From NCBI GenBank assembly GCA_021735465.1, contig JAIPGX010000001.1, forward strand, positions 1 through 35,655: a stretch of 35,655 nt of DNA. Reading direction: 5' to 3'. This DNA comes from Candidatus Babeliales bacterium (GTDB lineage: Bacteria > Babelota > Babeliae > Babelales > UASB340). A program made the translations under genes and the position numbers. The notes beneath the pieces are model-generated. The model worked only from the letters and a program-made list of their open reading frames with translations. It did not search any database and was not told the DNA's origin. Position 1 is the first letter of the stretch, and each line of letters starts with the position of its first letter. Below, in pieces: positions 19,472-28,716 of this stretch.

Positions 19472-19954
19472 TTACCAAGCATAATGAGAGAAAGCCCTAT
19501 TTGCTTCGGCCATCCTATGAACATCAACACGTTTTTTTACAGCGTTTCCCCGGGCTTCTGCAGCTTCAAGAATTTCGCTAGCCAATCTTTTACCCATAGT
19601 CTTGTCAGACCTTCCAGCAGCTGCATCTATAAGCCAACGCAATGTGAGCGCTGTTGCCCTTCTTGGTCTAACTTCAGTAGGTATTTGGTATACGCCACCG
19701 CCAACACGCCTAGATTTAACTTCAACAGCAGGTTTTATTTGCTTTATAGCTTTATCAAATATCAAAAAACCCTTTTTATCATCCCCATCAGATTTTTCAG
19801 CTAAAACATCAAACGCTTCATAAACAATAGAGCGAGCTATATTTTTTTTACCCTGCTCCATTACCATATTTATAAATTTTTGAACTAAATTAGAGTTAAA
19901 TCTTGGATCAACGCCTATTTCTCTTATAAGGCCTACTGATTTACGTCTTGGCAT
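19472..19954 (-). CDS. rpsG: 30S ribosomal protein S7
   Basis: 160 aa with MPRRKSV...DPRFNSNLVQKFIN... and ending ...ANRAFSHYAW. Confidence 0.96.
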   Translation of the reverse strand: MPRRKSVGLIREIGVDPRFNSNLVQKFINMVMEQGKKNIARSIVYEAFDVLAEKSDGDDKKGFLIFDKAIKQIKPAVEVKSRRVGGGVYQIPTEVRPRRATALTLRWLIDAAAGRSDKTMGKRLASEILEAAEARGNAVKKRVDVHRMAEANRAFSHYAW

Positions 19955-19956
19955 TA

Positions 19957-20337
19957 TTAAGCACCTTTCTTTTTCCGTTTAGCACCATATAAAGAACGAG
20001 ATTGAGATCTTCCCTCAACCCCAGAAGCATCTAGTGTTCCTCGAACAATATGATATTTTACACCAGGCAAGTCTTTTACCTTTCCACCCCTAACCAAAAC
20101 AACTGAGTGTTCTTGAAGATTATGACCTTCACCAGGAATATAGGCAGTGACTTCTTTTCCTGTTGTCAATTTGACACGAGCAACTTTTCTTAATGCTGAG
20201 TTTGGTTTTTTGGGAGTTTGCGTATAAACACGCACACAGACGCCCCTTCTTTGAGGACATGCATTTAGTGCGGGAGACTTTGTCTTTTTTTTGACTTCAG
20301 TACGACCAGATCGTACAAGTTGATTTATCGTTGGCAT
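19957..20337 (-). CDS. rpsL: 30S ribosomal protein S12
   Basis: [12 protein letters not shown]... is the universal S12 start. ATG at 20337 lies 5 nt after AGGAAG. The ORF-track start (20358) is a TTG that adds 7 residues. Confidence 0.96.
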   Translation of the reverse strand: MPTINQLVRSGRTEVKKKTKSPALNACPQRRGVCVRVYTQTPKKPNSALRKVARVKLTTGKEVTAYIPGEGHNLQEHSVVLVRGGKVKDLPGVKYHIVRGTLDASGVEGRSQSRSLYGAKRKKKGA

Positions 20338-20569
20338 TTTTTGCTTCCTATTCAACAAAAATTAATTTAAATTCTCTTAATATTTTCGATTAACAATAAT
20401 CAATTTTATAGGTTTTTAAACTTTTTTCAAGTAAAAATTATGCAATTCTTGTTTAATTATAAAATTAAACTCTATAATTAAAAATATGATTATTACTAAA
20501 AAATGATTTTTTGTATATAATAAAATTTTACTAAATAATAATCACATTTTTTATAAAAAAAGGGCAATC
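20338..20569. promoter_or_regulatory. Divergent AT-rich control region between rpsL (minus) and rseP (plus), with candidate sigma70-like hexamers
   Basis: Minus strand: TTGAAA (rc of 20425-20430), 16 nt, TAAAAT (rc of 20403-20408). Plus strand: TTACTA (20493-20498), 17 nt, TATAAT (20516-20521), or alternatively TTGTTT (20449-20454), 18 nt, TATAAT (20473-20478). Such hexamers arise easily by chance in AT-rich DNA. Confidence 0.3.
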
Positions 20570-21697
20570 ATGAATTTAAATGTTTTATCTATTTTTTTTA
20601 CCACAAAATTCGTTCCGCTTATTTTTACAATAATAGGTTTTGGCTTATTAATTACAATACACGAATTCGGTCATTTTATATTTTGCAAAATATTTGGTGT
20701 TTACACACCAACTTTTTCATTAGGAATGGGACCTAAAATTTTAGAAAAAAAGATAGGTACAACAAATTTTAGATTATCAGCAATTCCTCTTGGTGGCTAT
20801 GTAGAAATTGCAGGCCTTGCAGAAGTTGGAGGCCAGGGTGAACAAGAACATTCTAAATTGACAGGTGGTCAATCTTTTGAATCCAAACCATATTGGCAAA
20901 AAGCAATTATTTTATTGGGAGGTGTTTTATTCAACTTGTTATTTGCTTACATATTTTTCTCAATCATATATTTCTATGGCGTCCCAAAACAAAAGGCCGA
21001 CTTAATAATAAACACCAAAATCGAAAAAACTATTCAAAAAAAATTTAATATAGCTCCTGAAGACAAAATTATTTCTATAGATAATCAAAATTTAAGTTCA
21101 GACCCCAAAAAACTTATCCCGGTTTTGCAAAAATATTTTTTAAAAAAATTCACTGGTGCTGATATTATTCCATTGACAGTTTTAAGAAATAATAAAAATA
21201 TAAAATTAAATTTGAATTTCAAATCTGAAAAAGAACAAGACGAATTTTTAGGCTCGTTACAATTAAAAACTACGCCAATAGAAGGTCAGTACGAAAAACA
21301 TTCTCTTTTTGGAGCTATTGGAAAAGGCATTCAGGTTACTAACGGTTGGATTTTTAACATTATTTATGGCATAAAATGTTTAATAACAGAAAGAACGCTA
21401 AAAGGCGTTGGCGGACCTGTTATGATTCTTTCTAAAACTTTTGAAACTGCTCAAAAAGGCTTTTTGCCTCTGTTAATTTTTCTTTGCATAATCAGTATAA
21501 ATTTAGCAGTTTTAAATATTTTACCAATAGGTGCACTCGATGGTGGTCAATTTTTATTTGTAAGTGTTGAGGCTATAATTCGTAGGCCAATTCCAGAAAC
21601 AATAAAACTTGTTATAAATATAGGTTCTTGGATATTAATTTTAGGCCTTGTTTTATATTTATCCTACAAAGATTTGATGGCTATTATTTGGAAATAA
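20570..21697 (+). CDS. rseP: RIP site-2 metalloprotease, M50 family (RseP-like)
   Basis: 375 aa with HEFGHFIFCKIFGV (HExxH in TM1), a central PDZ-like segment, and the C-terminal LNILPIGALDGG (NxxPxxxLDG) motif. Confidence 0.88.
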   Translation: MNLNVLSIFFTTKFVPLIFTIIGFGLLITIHEFGHFIFCKIFGVYTPTFSLGMGPKILEKKIGTTNFRLSAIPLGGYVEIAGLAEVGGQGEQEHSKLTGGQSFESKPYWQKAIILLGGVLFNLLFAYIFFSIIYFYGVPKQKADLIINTKIEKTIQKKFNIAPEDKIISIDNQNLSSDPKKLIPVLQKYFLKKFTGADIIPLTVLRNNKNIKLNLNFKSEKEQDEFLGSLQLKTTPIEGQYEKHSLFGAIGKGIQVTNGWIFNIIYGIKCLITERTLKGVGGPVMILSKTFETAQKGFLPLLIFLCIISINLAVLNILPIGALDGGQFLFVSVEAIIRRPIPETIKLVINIGSWILILGLVLYLSYKDLMAIIWK

Positions 21698-21723
21698 AAA
21701 ATATTATCAATCCCAAAATTTCA

Positions 21724-21822
21724 TTAACCTAGCAGACGCCCAGCCGTCGCTCTTGTAGCTATGGCGGACAGGCTAGGTTCTAATTCACTTTTTACTGCAC
21801 ACAAGGCGCAGTAAATTTGACT
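21724..21822 (-). terminator. Copy B of the two-hairpin intergenic module, between convergent rseP and lpxC, with a GC-rich expanded first hairpin
   Basis: Outer stem aacctagc (21726-21733) / gctaggtt (21772-21779) encloses 38 GC-rich nt. Then comes ctaattcacttttt, and then the ACTGCAC-ACAAG-GCGCAG hairpin (21794-21811). On the minus strand this reads TTTACTGCGC-CTTGT-GTGCAGTAAA. Bases 21780-21822 match 843-885 at 33/43 positions. Confidence 0.5.
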
Positions 21823-21901
21823 TTAACATTATTTAAATATTAAACCAATTCAAATTATCCTAAAAAAAATATCTATTATGATTTATTTTTTAGAATTGGT
21901 A

Positions 21902-22771
21902 TTATATTAATTTCCACAATTCAGGATGCTCAATATAATGTTTTACAACAAGCCTATTAAAACTATGACCAGTTTTTTGAGCCTTAACTGTCCCTGCCAA
22001 ATTTTTACCCAAAAGCGCCAAATCTCCAATCAAATCTATAAGCTTGTGTCGTGAAAATTCATCATGAAAACGAGTTTCATTTAAAAATTCTTCTTTACCA
22101 AGTACAACAGTATTTCCCAAAGTTGTACCCTTGGCTAAGCCATGACGCCTTAAAAATGGCAATTGCTCTAAAAAACCGAAAGTCCTTGCTGGAGCTATAT
22201 TTTGAACAAAATATTCTTTTGATAAAACACCCTCAAGACTACTTTTGCCAACCAAGGGGTGAGTAAAATCTGCAAAATAATCAAAATAAAAATTTTTATC
22301 ATATTGACCAATTTTTGTATCAAAATTTGCAGGAAATATCTCAAGCGTGCGCTCTTGGTCATCTTCAAATCTTAAATTATTAATTGGCGTTAAAAAGTTT
22401 TTTTCTTGATTCTGTTCTTGTAGACCATTTTGTAAAATCATATCAACAAATGTTAATGCGCTGCCATCTAAAATAGGAATTTCCGGACCATTTATCAAAA
22501 TTATTAAATTATCTATTTCTAATGCAATTATAGCAGCCATCAAATGCTCTACTGTACTGATTACAAAATTGCCATTATTCAAAACAGTTGCATGCATTGC
22601 CTCTTGGGGCACAATTGTTCCAATTTTTATGGTTTTTTCAAAATTGCTTGAATCAATAAAACATATACCCGAATTTTCTGGTGCCGGTTTTAAAACAATA
22701 CTTGATTCAACCCCAAAATGGACACCAATTCCCTTAAAAATTAAATCTTTTTTTAACGTTTTTTGTTTCAT
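21902..22771 (-). CDS. lpxC: UDP-3-O-acyl-N-acetylglucosamine deacetylase (lipid A biosynthesis)
   Basis: 289 aa with MKQKTLKKDLIFKGIGVHFG, TVEHLMAAI and HKLIDLIGDLALLG, which are LpxC signature regions. Confidence 0.92.
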   Translation of the reverse strand: MKQKTLKKDLIFKGIGVHFGVESSIVLKPAPENSGICFIDSSNFEKTIKIGTIVPQEAMHATVLNNGNFVISTVEHLMAAIIALEIDNLIILINGPEIPILDGSALTFVDMILQNGLQEQNQEKNFLTPINNLRFEDDQERTLEIFPANFDTKIGQYDKNFYFDYFADFTHPLVGKSSLEGVLSKEYFVQNIAPARTFGFLEQLPFLRRHGLAKGTTLGNTVVLGKEEFLNETRFHDEFSRHKLIDLIGDLALLGKNLAGTVKAQKTGHSFNRLVVKHYIEHPELWKLI

Positions 22772-22786
22772 CGAAATTAACCCAAA

Positions 22787-22818
22787 CTAAAAAGGCAGGA
22801 CTTTTTGCCCTGCCTTAA
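22787..22818 (-). terminator. Rho-independent terminator-like hairpin after rplM
   Basis: The minus strand reads AAGGCAGG-GCAAAAAGT-CCTGCCTT followed by TTTAGTTTGGG. This is an 8-bp GC-rich stem (22792-22799 / 22809-22816), about 30 nt after the rplM stop and only about 15 nt before the lpxC ATG (22771). Confidence 0.6.
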
Positions 22819-22847
22819 TTTTGTCTAAATTAAAAATTTATTTAAAT

Positions 22848-23270
22848 TTACTTAGCTTGCGCTATATGAGGATGTGTGGATCCGGCATAAACTTTTAATT
22901 TCTTTAAAATTTGTCTACCAAGCTTATTTCTTGGAAGCATACCTTTTACTGAATGTTCAATTAAAGCAGCAGGATCTTTGGCCAATAAATCTCTTGCACT
23001 TATACTCTTTAAGCCACCTCTCCAGCCAGAAAAGGCTTTATAATTTTTATCTGCCCATTTTTCACCAGTGAGCTTAATTTTATCGCAATTTACTACAATT
23101 ACATAATCACCAGCATCTGCATGAGGAGTATATTCAGGTCTATTTTTACCTCTCAAAATATCTGCAATCTGAGTGGACAAACGGCCCAAAATTTGACCGG
23201 TAGCATCAATTGTCTGCCATTTTGGAGCTCTATCTTCTTTTCTTAAAAAAAAACTTTTATTCATATCCAT
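22848..23270 (-). CDS. rplM: 50S ribosomal protein L13
   Basis: 140 aa with ...KWQTIDATGQILGRLSTQIADILRGKNRPEYTPH..., typical of L13. The start is at M1 or M3. Confidence 0.95.
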   Translation of the reverse strand: MDMNKSFFLRKEDRAPKWQTIDATGQILGRLSTQIADILRGKNRPEYTPHADAGDYVIVVNCDKIKLTGEKWADKNYKAFSGWRGGLKSISARDLLAKDPAALIEHSVKGMLPRNKLGRQILKKLKVYAGSTHPHIAQAK

Positions 23271-23341
23271 GATAAATAATTCCTACTTTTTGCAACTTTT
23301 TTGTGCATACATTTATATCTTTATTTCTAAATAATATAAGA

Positions 23342-23370
23342 ATATTAAATCAAAAATCAAAACTGGTCAA
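23342..23370 (-). promoter_or_regulatory. Candidate sigma70-type promoter for rplM
   Basis: The minus strand reads TTGACC (rc of 23365-23370), a 17-nt spacer, then TAATAT (rc of 23342-23347). It begins immediately after the pyrG stop and lies about 70 nt upstream of the rplM start. Confidence 0.45.
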
Positions 23371-23373
23371 CTT

Positions 23374-25038
23374 CTATTCACTCTTTTTATTTTTCAAAGT
23401 CGCATCAACAAAAGCCTTAAACAATGGATGCGACTTTAAAGGGCTAGACAAAAACTCTGGGTGAAACTGGCAGCCAAGCATAAAAGGGTGATCTTTAATT
23501 TCAGAAATTTCAACAAGATCTTTTTCTTTAAAAATCCCTGAAAAAACTACCCCAGCTTTTTCAAAATCTTTTTTATACTTATTATTAAACTCATAACGAT
23601 GTCTATGTCTTTCTATAATTTCTGTTTTCCCATAAGCATTATAAGCCAAAGTATCTTTTTTTATTAAACATTTGTACGCACCAAGGCGCATTGTGCCACC
23701 CTTATGTTCTATATTTAACTGCTCTTCTAGCAAAGATATAACTGGATGTTTTGTTTGTTTGTCAAACTCGGTACTTGATGCATCTTTAAATTTTAAAACA
23801 TGTCTTGCAAATTCAATAAGCATAACTTGCATACCAAGGCAAAGTCCTAAATACGGAATTTTATTTTCTCTTGCCCATTGAACTGCTAAAATTTTACCCA
23901 AAATACCTCTAGCATCAAAACCGCCTGGAACAACTATACCAGAAGCAGATTTAAGGATTTTCCAAGCAGAATTATTTTTTTCAGGACAATTTTCTAATTT
24001 TTCAGCCTCAATAATTTCCAAATCTAAAGCATATCCCGCATGTGTACATGCGGCTTCTAATGCTTTTACTATGCTTAAATAGGGATCATTGCTACCAACA
24101 TATTTAGCAACCAATGCAATTTTTAAATCACCTTTTTTATCCTGAATAAGCTCAATTAATTTTTCCCACTTTGTAAGATCGGCTTCTTTTGTCTTCTTTA
24201 TGCCAAACCAATTTTGTATTCTTTTATTAAGCTCCTGTTTTTGCAAGTCTAGAAAAATATTATAAATAGGATTAAAAGTCAAAGCTTCGAAAATCAAATT
24301 TTTGTGTACACCACACATTACAGATAATTTTTCTATCTGTTTTTTTTCTATGTGTTTATCACTTCTCAAAAAAAGAGCGTCTGGTGTTAATCCTACTTTT
24401 TTAAGCATCATAACACTATGCTGTGTGGGTTTTGTTTTTATTTCATTTGCCCAATTTAAATACGGCACTAAACTCAAGTGACATAACATTAATTGTCTAT
24501 CAGAAAGTTGCATTTTTAATTGTCTAATAGATTCTAAAAAAGAAATCCCCTCCATATCTCCAACCGTTCCACCTATTTCTAATAAAACAAAATCAACTTT
24601 TGTCTTAAGTGCAAAATTCAATAATCTATCTTTTATGGCATCAACAACATGTGGAACAACTTGAATATCTCGACCCAAAAATTTGCCTTCTCGCTCTTTA
24701 TCCAAAATTTCTTTAAAAATTTGACCGGAAGAAACTGATGAATCTTTATGCAAATGTACTTCTAAAAGTCTTTCATAATGTCCCAAGTCCAAATCTGTTT
24801 CTGCTCCATCATTTGTTACAAAAACCTCACCATGAACTAAAGGCGACATTGTTCCAGGATCAACATTCAAATACGGGTCCCACTTTATAACAGATAAAGA
24901 GTAACCAGAGTTTTTAAGCAAAACTCCAATTGATGACACAAGTATTCCCTTACCCAAAGAAGAGCAAACACCCCCTGTAACAACAATAAATTTTGTTTTT
25001 TGTTCTATAACTTTTTTTAGTAATTTTTCGGTAGTCAT
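23374..25038 (-). CDS. pyrG: CTP synthase
   Basis: 554 aa with N-terminal FIVVTGGVCSSLGKGI, the glutaminase GLCLGMQ catalytic Cys context, and QFHPEF. Its ATG directly abuts the pepP stop (TAGATG). Confidence 0.95.
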   Translation of the reverse strand: MTTEKLLKKVIEQKTKFIVVTGGVCSSLGKGILVSSIGVLLKNSGYSLSVIKWDPYLNVDPGTMSPLVHGEVFVTNDGAETDLDLGHYERLLEVHLHKDSSVSSGQIFKEILDKEREGKFLGRDIQVVPHVVDAIKDRLLNFALKTKVDFVLLEIGGTVGDMEGISFLESIRQLKMQLSDRQLMLCHLSLVPYLNWANEIKTKPTQHSVMMLKKVGLTPDALFLRSDKHIEKKQIEKLSVMCGVHKNLIFEALTFNPIYNIFLDLQKQELNKRIQNWFGIKKTKEADLTKWEKLIELIQDKKGDLKIALVAKYVGSNDPYLSIVKALEAACTHAGYALDLEIIEAEKLENCPEKNNSAWKILKSASGIVVPGGFDARGILGKILAVQWARENKIPYLGLCLGMQVMLIEFARHVLKFKDASSTEFDKQTKHPVISLLEEQLNIEHKGGTMRLGAYKCLIKKDTLAYNAYGKTEIIERHRHRYEFNNKYKKDFEKAGVVFSGIFKEKDLVEISEIKDHPFMLGCQFHPEFLSSPLKSHPLFKAFVDATLKNKKSE

Positions 25039-26328
25039 CTACATCTCCATCAATTTTTCAATTTCACTTGGATTTTTTGGTAACTGATAACTTAAACAAA
25101 TAACACCATCTTGCGTCATTAAATAATCATCTTCAATTCTAATTCCTAAATTTCTTTCAGGAATATAAAGACCAGGTTCTATTGTAAATACATCTCCTAC
25201 TGCTAATGGATACTGGTTACTTACAGTATCATGAACATCTAATCCTAAAAAATGACCTATCGAATGTGCAAAATATTTTTCGTAACCCATTTTTTTTAAA
25301 AAATTAATTGCTAAATGATTCAAAGATAAATCTTGCTCATTTTTATTATTCAAAAACATGCCAGGCTTTACAATTGATTCGATATAATTTTGCGTTTCAA
25401 GCACAATGTTATAAATTTCAAGCTGTTCCTTATTAAACTTGCCACCAACGGGATAAGTTCTCGTCAAATCTGATGAATAATATTGGTACTGCGCTCCCAT
25501 ATCAACAACAACAAGTTCATCTGATTTTAATTTTTTATCTCTATCCATATAATGCAAAATTGTAGTATTTTTGCCCGATGCAACAATTGTCGGAAACGCT
25601 GGACCCATTGCACCAGCTTGAGTAAAAACAGATTCAGCTATAGCTTGAATTTCATTTTCAAAACATTCTGGAGATATAACTGACGCAACGGTTTGATGTG
25701 CCATAGAGGTAATTTGTATAGCCTTATAAATTGAATCAATTTCATACTCATCTTTAAACCTTCGCATATAATGTATCAATGGGGCCAAATCTCTTGTAAC
25801 ATCTTGCAAGTAAGGTAGATAGTCTAAAATATTTTTAAAAATTTGTATTTGAAAAAAATAATTTCTATAAAAATTATCAAAAGGCGAAAACAACAAATAT
25901 TCAAAATTATTTTTAAAAAAAGCATTTAAATCAAAAATTAAGTTCTCATAATATTCTTTTGCAAAAACTGGCGGAAAAATATAGCTTTTACAAGATTGTC
26001 CCAAAAATTTTACTTGAGAAACACAAAATAATTTCGATAAACTTTCTTCGTTATTATCTTTGAAAGCAGTTGATACCCATTTTTCTCTTACGCCACCATA
26101 ATTGGGTAAATATAAAATTTCTGTTCCATCTAAATAAGAACACAAAACTGCACCAGGTTCTGTAATCCCTGTAAGATAATAAAAAGAACTTTCTTGACGA
26201 AATACATTTCGTGAATTTTCATAATCGGCAAAAAGCATCATCATTGAATTTTTTAATTCAGGATTTTCTCTGCGCAAAAAATCAAGAACTTGTTCTCTTC
26301 TATTTTTAAATAAAGAATAATCACACAT
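25039..26328 (-). CDS. pepP: Xaa-Pro aminopeptidase/dipeptidase, M24B family
   Basis: 429 aa with VVVDMGAQYQYYSSDLTRT, HSIGHFLGLDVHD, TIEPGLY and IRIEDD, which are M24B metal-ligand motifs. The assignment within the family (PepP versus PepQ) is uncertain. Confidence 0.8.
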   Translation of the reverse strand: MCDYSLFKNRREQVLDFLRRENPELKNSMMMLFADYENSRNVFRQESSFYYLTGITEPGAVLCSYLDGTEILYLPNYGGVREKWVSTAFKDNNEESLSKLFCVSQVKFLGQSCKSYIFPPVFAKEYYENLIFDLNAFFKNNFEYLLFSPFDNFYRNYFFQIQIFKNILDYLPYLQDVTRDLAPLIHYMRRFKDEYEIDSIYKAIQITSMAHQTVASVISPECFENEIQAIAESVFTQAGAMGPAFPTIVASGKNTTILHYMDRDKKLKSDELVVVDMGAQYQYYSSDLTRTYPVGGKFNKEQLEIYNIVLETQNYIESIVKPGMFLNNKNEQDLSLNHLAINFLKKMGYEKYFAHSIGHFLGLDVHDTVSNQYPLAVGDVFTIEPGLYIPERNLGIRIEDDYLMTQDGVICLSYQLPKNPSEIEKLMEM

Positions 26329-26355
26329 AAAACTCCCTTTTTAAAAAACAAAAAT

Positions 26356-28716
26356 TTATCCAGCTCTATAAACGGGTGGTCTTTTAAATTTTCTCGCAAA
26401 AGAACCCAAAGATTCAAGTCTAACAAATAAAGAGTAAGAACGCTCGCTTTTCCAATCTCCACACTCTCTATATTTTTTTTCTTCAAATCCAATTGAAGCT
26501 CCCCAACAATGTCCGTGATAGTCTAAACTAACATTATGCGCAAAATCTCTAAGCCCTTCAAAGGGCAAAAAATTAGAGCTTTTAGAAGAATAAAATTGAC
26601 CACTATAAGCAAATCTTAAACTTTTAGATAATGGAAAAGACGTTCTGAAAAAAACAAAATGTGGGATATCTGATAATAATTCTCTTTCTTGCCTTAAAGA
26701 CTCATTCTGATAAAGCGTACCTAGAGTAAAATTAAATTGTCCTAAATTAAAATTCGCACTTATTTGCGATTGCAACAATTTAAAATTCCGCCATTCATAT
26801 TCTTGACTAAAAAACAAACTTATTAAATCAGAATTAACTGATAATTCAAACTTAGGTGGTAAAAAATGTTTTTGACCGGGATAACGTCTTAATGGAAAAA
26901 TGTCAGATTTATTATAAAATTCAACTGCAGTAGAAATATTTAAATCTATATTCAAACTATTAAGATACCAATTATTTCTTAAGTAAAATTCTATTTGATT
27001 TTGTGGATAAATTCTATCCCAATTATCAGAATAAAACCAATTATTTTGATTCTCTTTTAATAAAAAATCCCATTTTAAACTCGGCTGAAAAAAATAATTA
27101 CAAAAAAAATTATTTTCTGTATCTTGCCACTCAATAGAACTTTCTGGAAGATCCCATTCTGCACCTGCACCCAAAAATAAGCGATATTTTTTTTTATTAT
27201 CAGAACTTATTTTAGTCCTGCTTCTGAGTTGTAACATTGGGTTAAAATATAATTTTAAAAATTGCTCTTTAAATCTTAAATTACTTTGTAAATTACCACT
27301 GTAAAAAAAACGTAAAGTATCAGCTTTTGCCAATGGGCGCAAAACAGTTTCTTTTACCAAGCTAGAATTTATATAAAAATTTTCCATTTTTTTTGATTTT
27401 GATAATATTTGATCAACAAAAAAATCATGTTTATAAGAAAATAAATTTTTTAATTTATAAAAAGCAGAATTATGTTCAAAATGAGGTAATAACAAAATCG
27501 TAACTTTATCTTCTACCTCTTTTTTCTTAGAAAAAGTTCCCCATTGATTAACCGTATCTTGTTCAAACGGCAACAAATTAAAAATTTCTCCCTCTTCTTT
27601 TCTATTTAAATTGCTAAATTGCCTAAAAGATGTTTCTTTGCAATCAAGCATAAGTGTATTAAAAGTTCTATTTCCTGTAGATCTAAAAATTAAAGAATTA
27701 TAAAAAGTATCATCAAGACCTTTTGTTATATCAAAAAATTGATAACCTATTCTTTTATCTGTTCCAAAATCTACTCTTGCTAAAGAATATAATTTTTTAT
27801 TGGGTAAAAATTTGATATCAAAAAAAGAAAAATCTTTACCACTAATCCAATATCTTTGATCAGTTTTTTTTACGATTTTATCCCCCTTTTTTACAAATGC
27901 ATTTTTTTCTATAGCATATTGCGCATTAACCAAAGTAAATTTTTCAGGATGTCTAACCCATCTAAAATCATTAGAAAAAGCAATACCTCTTTTAACTTTC
28001 CAATCTACCCCTAAAGTACTATCACATCTAGGCGCAATATACCAATAATAATCTTGTCTAATGCCAAAACCCAGTTCGTCATCATATGAAATTCGTGGCA
28101 ACAAAAAACCGGACTGTGATCTATTCTGAACAGGTAACACCATTGTTGGCAAAATAAAAAAAGGCAACTGACCAATTTTAAATATAAGACCATTAAATCT
28201 AATTAAATAATTATTATGTAGAACAGCTTGCCTTGCTATAATCGACCAATGAGGTATTGGCCCATCACAGGGCGTATAACAAATATCTTCCATCTTCCAC
28301 TGATTTTCTCCAAATTTTTCTGCTCTTGCTGATGTTATATAGCCTTGACTAACTTGCATTCTTACATTGTCTGCATAACCAGTTTTATTATCTAAATTTA
28401 AAAAAAACTTGTCAGCTAAAATCAAAAAATCACTATTCTCTATAACCACACTTGAACAAGTTTCATCTTTTTTTTTTGCAATCAAAATTTGTTTTTCTTT
28501 ATCGATTTCAACCTCATCTGCCCAGATATGCAACTTTTGATCAACCCAAACATCAACATTTTCATTCAAAATTAATTTGTTAAAATTTTCTATTTTTTGC
28601 TGAACGCTATTAACTTTTATAATTTTTACAGATTCGACAAAATCTCTTACAAAAGAATACGATTTTGATATAAAAAAAATAAAAAAGAATAAAACTAATA
28701 CTAAAAATTTATGCAT
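26356..28716 (-). CDS. lptD: LPS-assembly outer membrane protein LptD (OstA family)
   Basis: 786 aa with signal peptide MHKFLVLVLFFFIFFISKSYS and an OstA-like N-domain. YTPCDGPIPHWSIIARQAVLHNNY...LPFFILPTMVLPVQNRSQSGFLLPRISYDDELGFGI matches the LptD junction region. It has a long beta-barrel-like C-terminus. Confidence 0.85.
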   Translation of the reverse strand: MHKFLVLVLFFFIFFISKSYSFVRDFVESVKIIKVNSVQQKIENFNKLILNENVDVWVDQKLHIWADEVEIDKEKQILIAKKKDETCSSVVIENSDFLILADKFFLNLDNKTGYADNVRMQVSQGYITSARAEKFGENQWKMEDICYTPCDGPIPHWSIIARQAVLHNNYLIRFNGLIFKIGQLPFFILPTMVLPVQNRSQSGFLLPRISYDDELGFGIRQDYYWYIAPRCDSTLGVDWKVKRGIAFSNDFRWVRHPEKFTLVNAQYAIEKNAFVKKGDKIVKKTDQRYWISGKDFSFFDIKFLPNKKLYSLARVDFGTDKRIGYQFFDITKGLDDTFYNSLIFRSTGNRTFNTLMLDCKETSFRQFSNLNRKEEGEIFNLLPFEQDTVNQWGTFSKKKEVEDKVTILLLPHFEHNSAFYKLKNLFSYKHDFFVDQILSKSKKMENFYINSSLVKETVLRPLAKADTLRFFYSGNLQSNLRFKEQFLKLYFNPMLQLRSRTKISSDNKKKYRLFLGAGAEWDLPESSIEWQDTENNFFCNYFFQPSLKWDFLLKENQNNWFYSDNWDRIYPQNQIEFYLRNNWYLNSLNIDLNISTAVEFYNKSDIFPLRRYPGQKHFLPPKFELSVNSDLISLFFSQEYEWRNFKLLQSQISANFNLGQFNFTLGTLYQNESLRQERELLSDIPHFVFFRTSFPLSKSLRFAYSGQFYSSKSSNFLPFEGLRDFAHNVSLDYHGHCWGASIGFEEKKYRECGDWKSERSYSLFVRLESLGSFARKFKRPPVYRAG

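Noticed and set aside
931-19823. A dozen + strand ORFs antisense to rplQ, rpoA, rpsD, map, rplO, rpsE, rplX, rplP, rpsC, rplD, tuf, fusA and rpsG (for example 931-1203, 4522-4794, 16942-17211, 19484-19804).
   Set aside because: Each is fully embedded opposite a highly conserved gene and has no recognisable domain. Their translations are typical antisense products rich in Phe, Leu, Ser and Ile.
2325-20358. N-terminal extensions in the ORF-track calls for rpoA (TTG 2348), rplO (GTG 7566), rplR (TTG 8502), rpsQ (ATG 11309), rplW (GTG 14504) and rpsL (TTG 20358).
   Set aside because: The track takes the longest ORF and allows non-ATG starts. In each case a downstream start reproduces the conserved family N-terminus, has a better Shine-Dalgarno sequence, and avoids running into the upstream gene. 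I kept GTG starts only where the conserved N-terminus requires them (rpsC, adk, secY).
21734-21822. Whether the GC-rich intergenic island is a tRNA fragment, SRP (4.5S) RNA or another known small RNA.
   Set aside because: GGTTCTAAT superficially resembles a T-loop but has no complementary T-stem, acceptor stem or anticodon arm. The conserved SRP GGAA/AGCAGCC motifs are absent. I left it as an unclassified structured element.
26253-26492. A 79-aa minus-strand ORF bridging the lptD end and the pepP start.
   Set aside because: It overlaps both conserved genes out of frame. The 27-nt real spacer leaves no room for a gene.
28011-28193. A 60-aa minus-strand ORF inside lptD.
   Set aside because: It is in an alternative frame within the conserved LptD junction region and has no independent signals.
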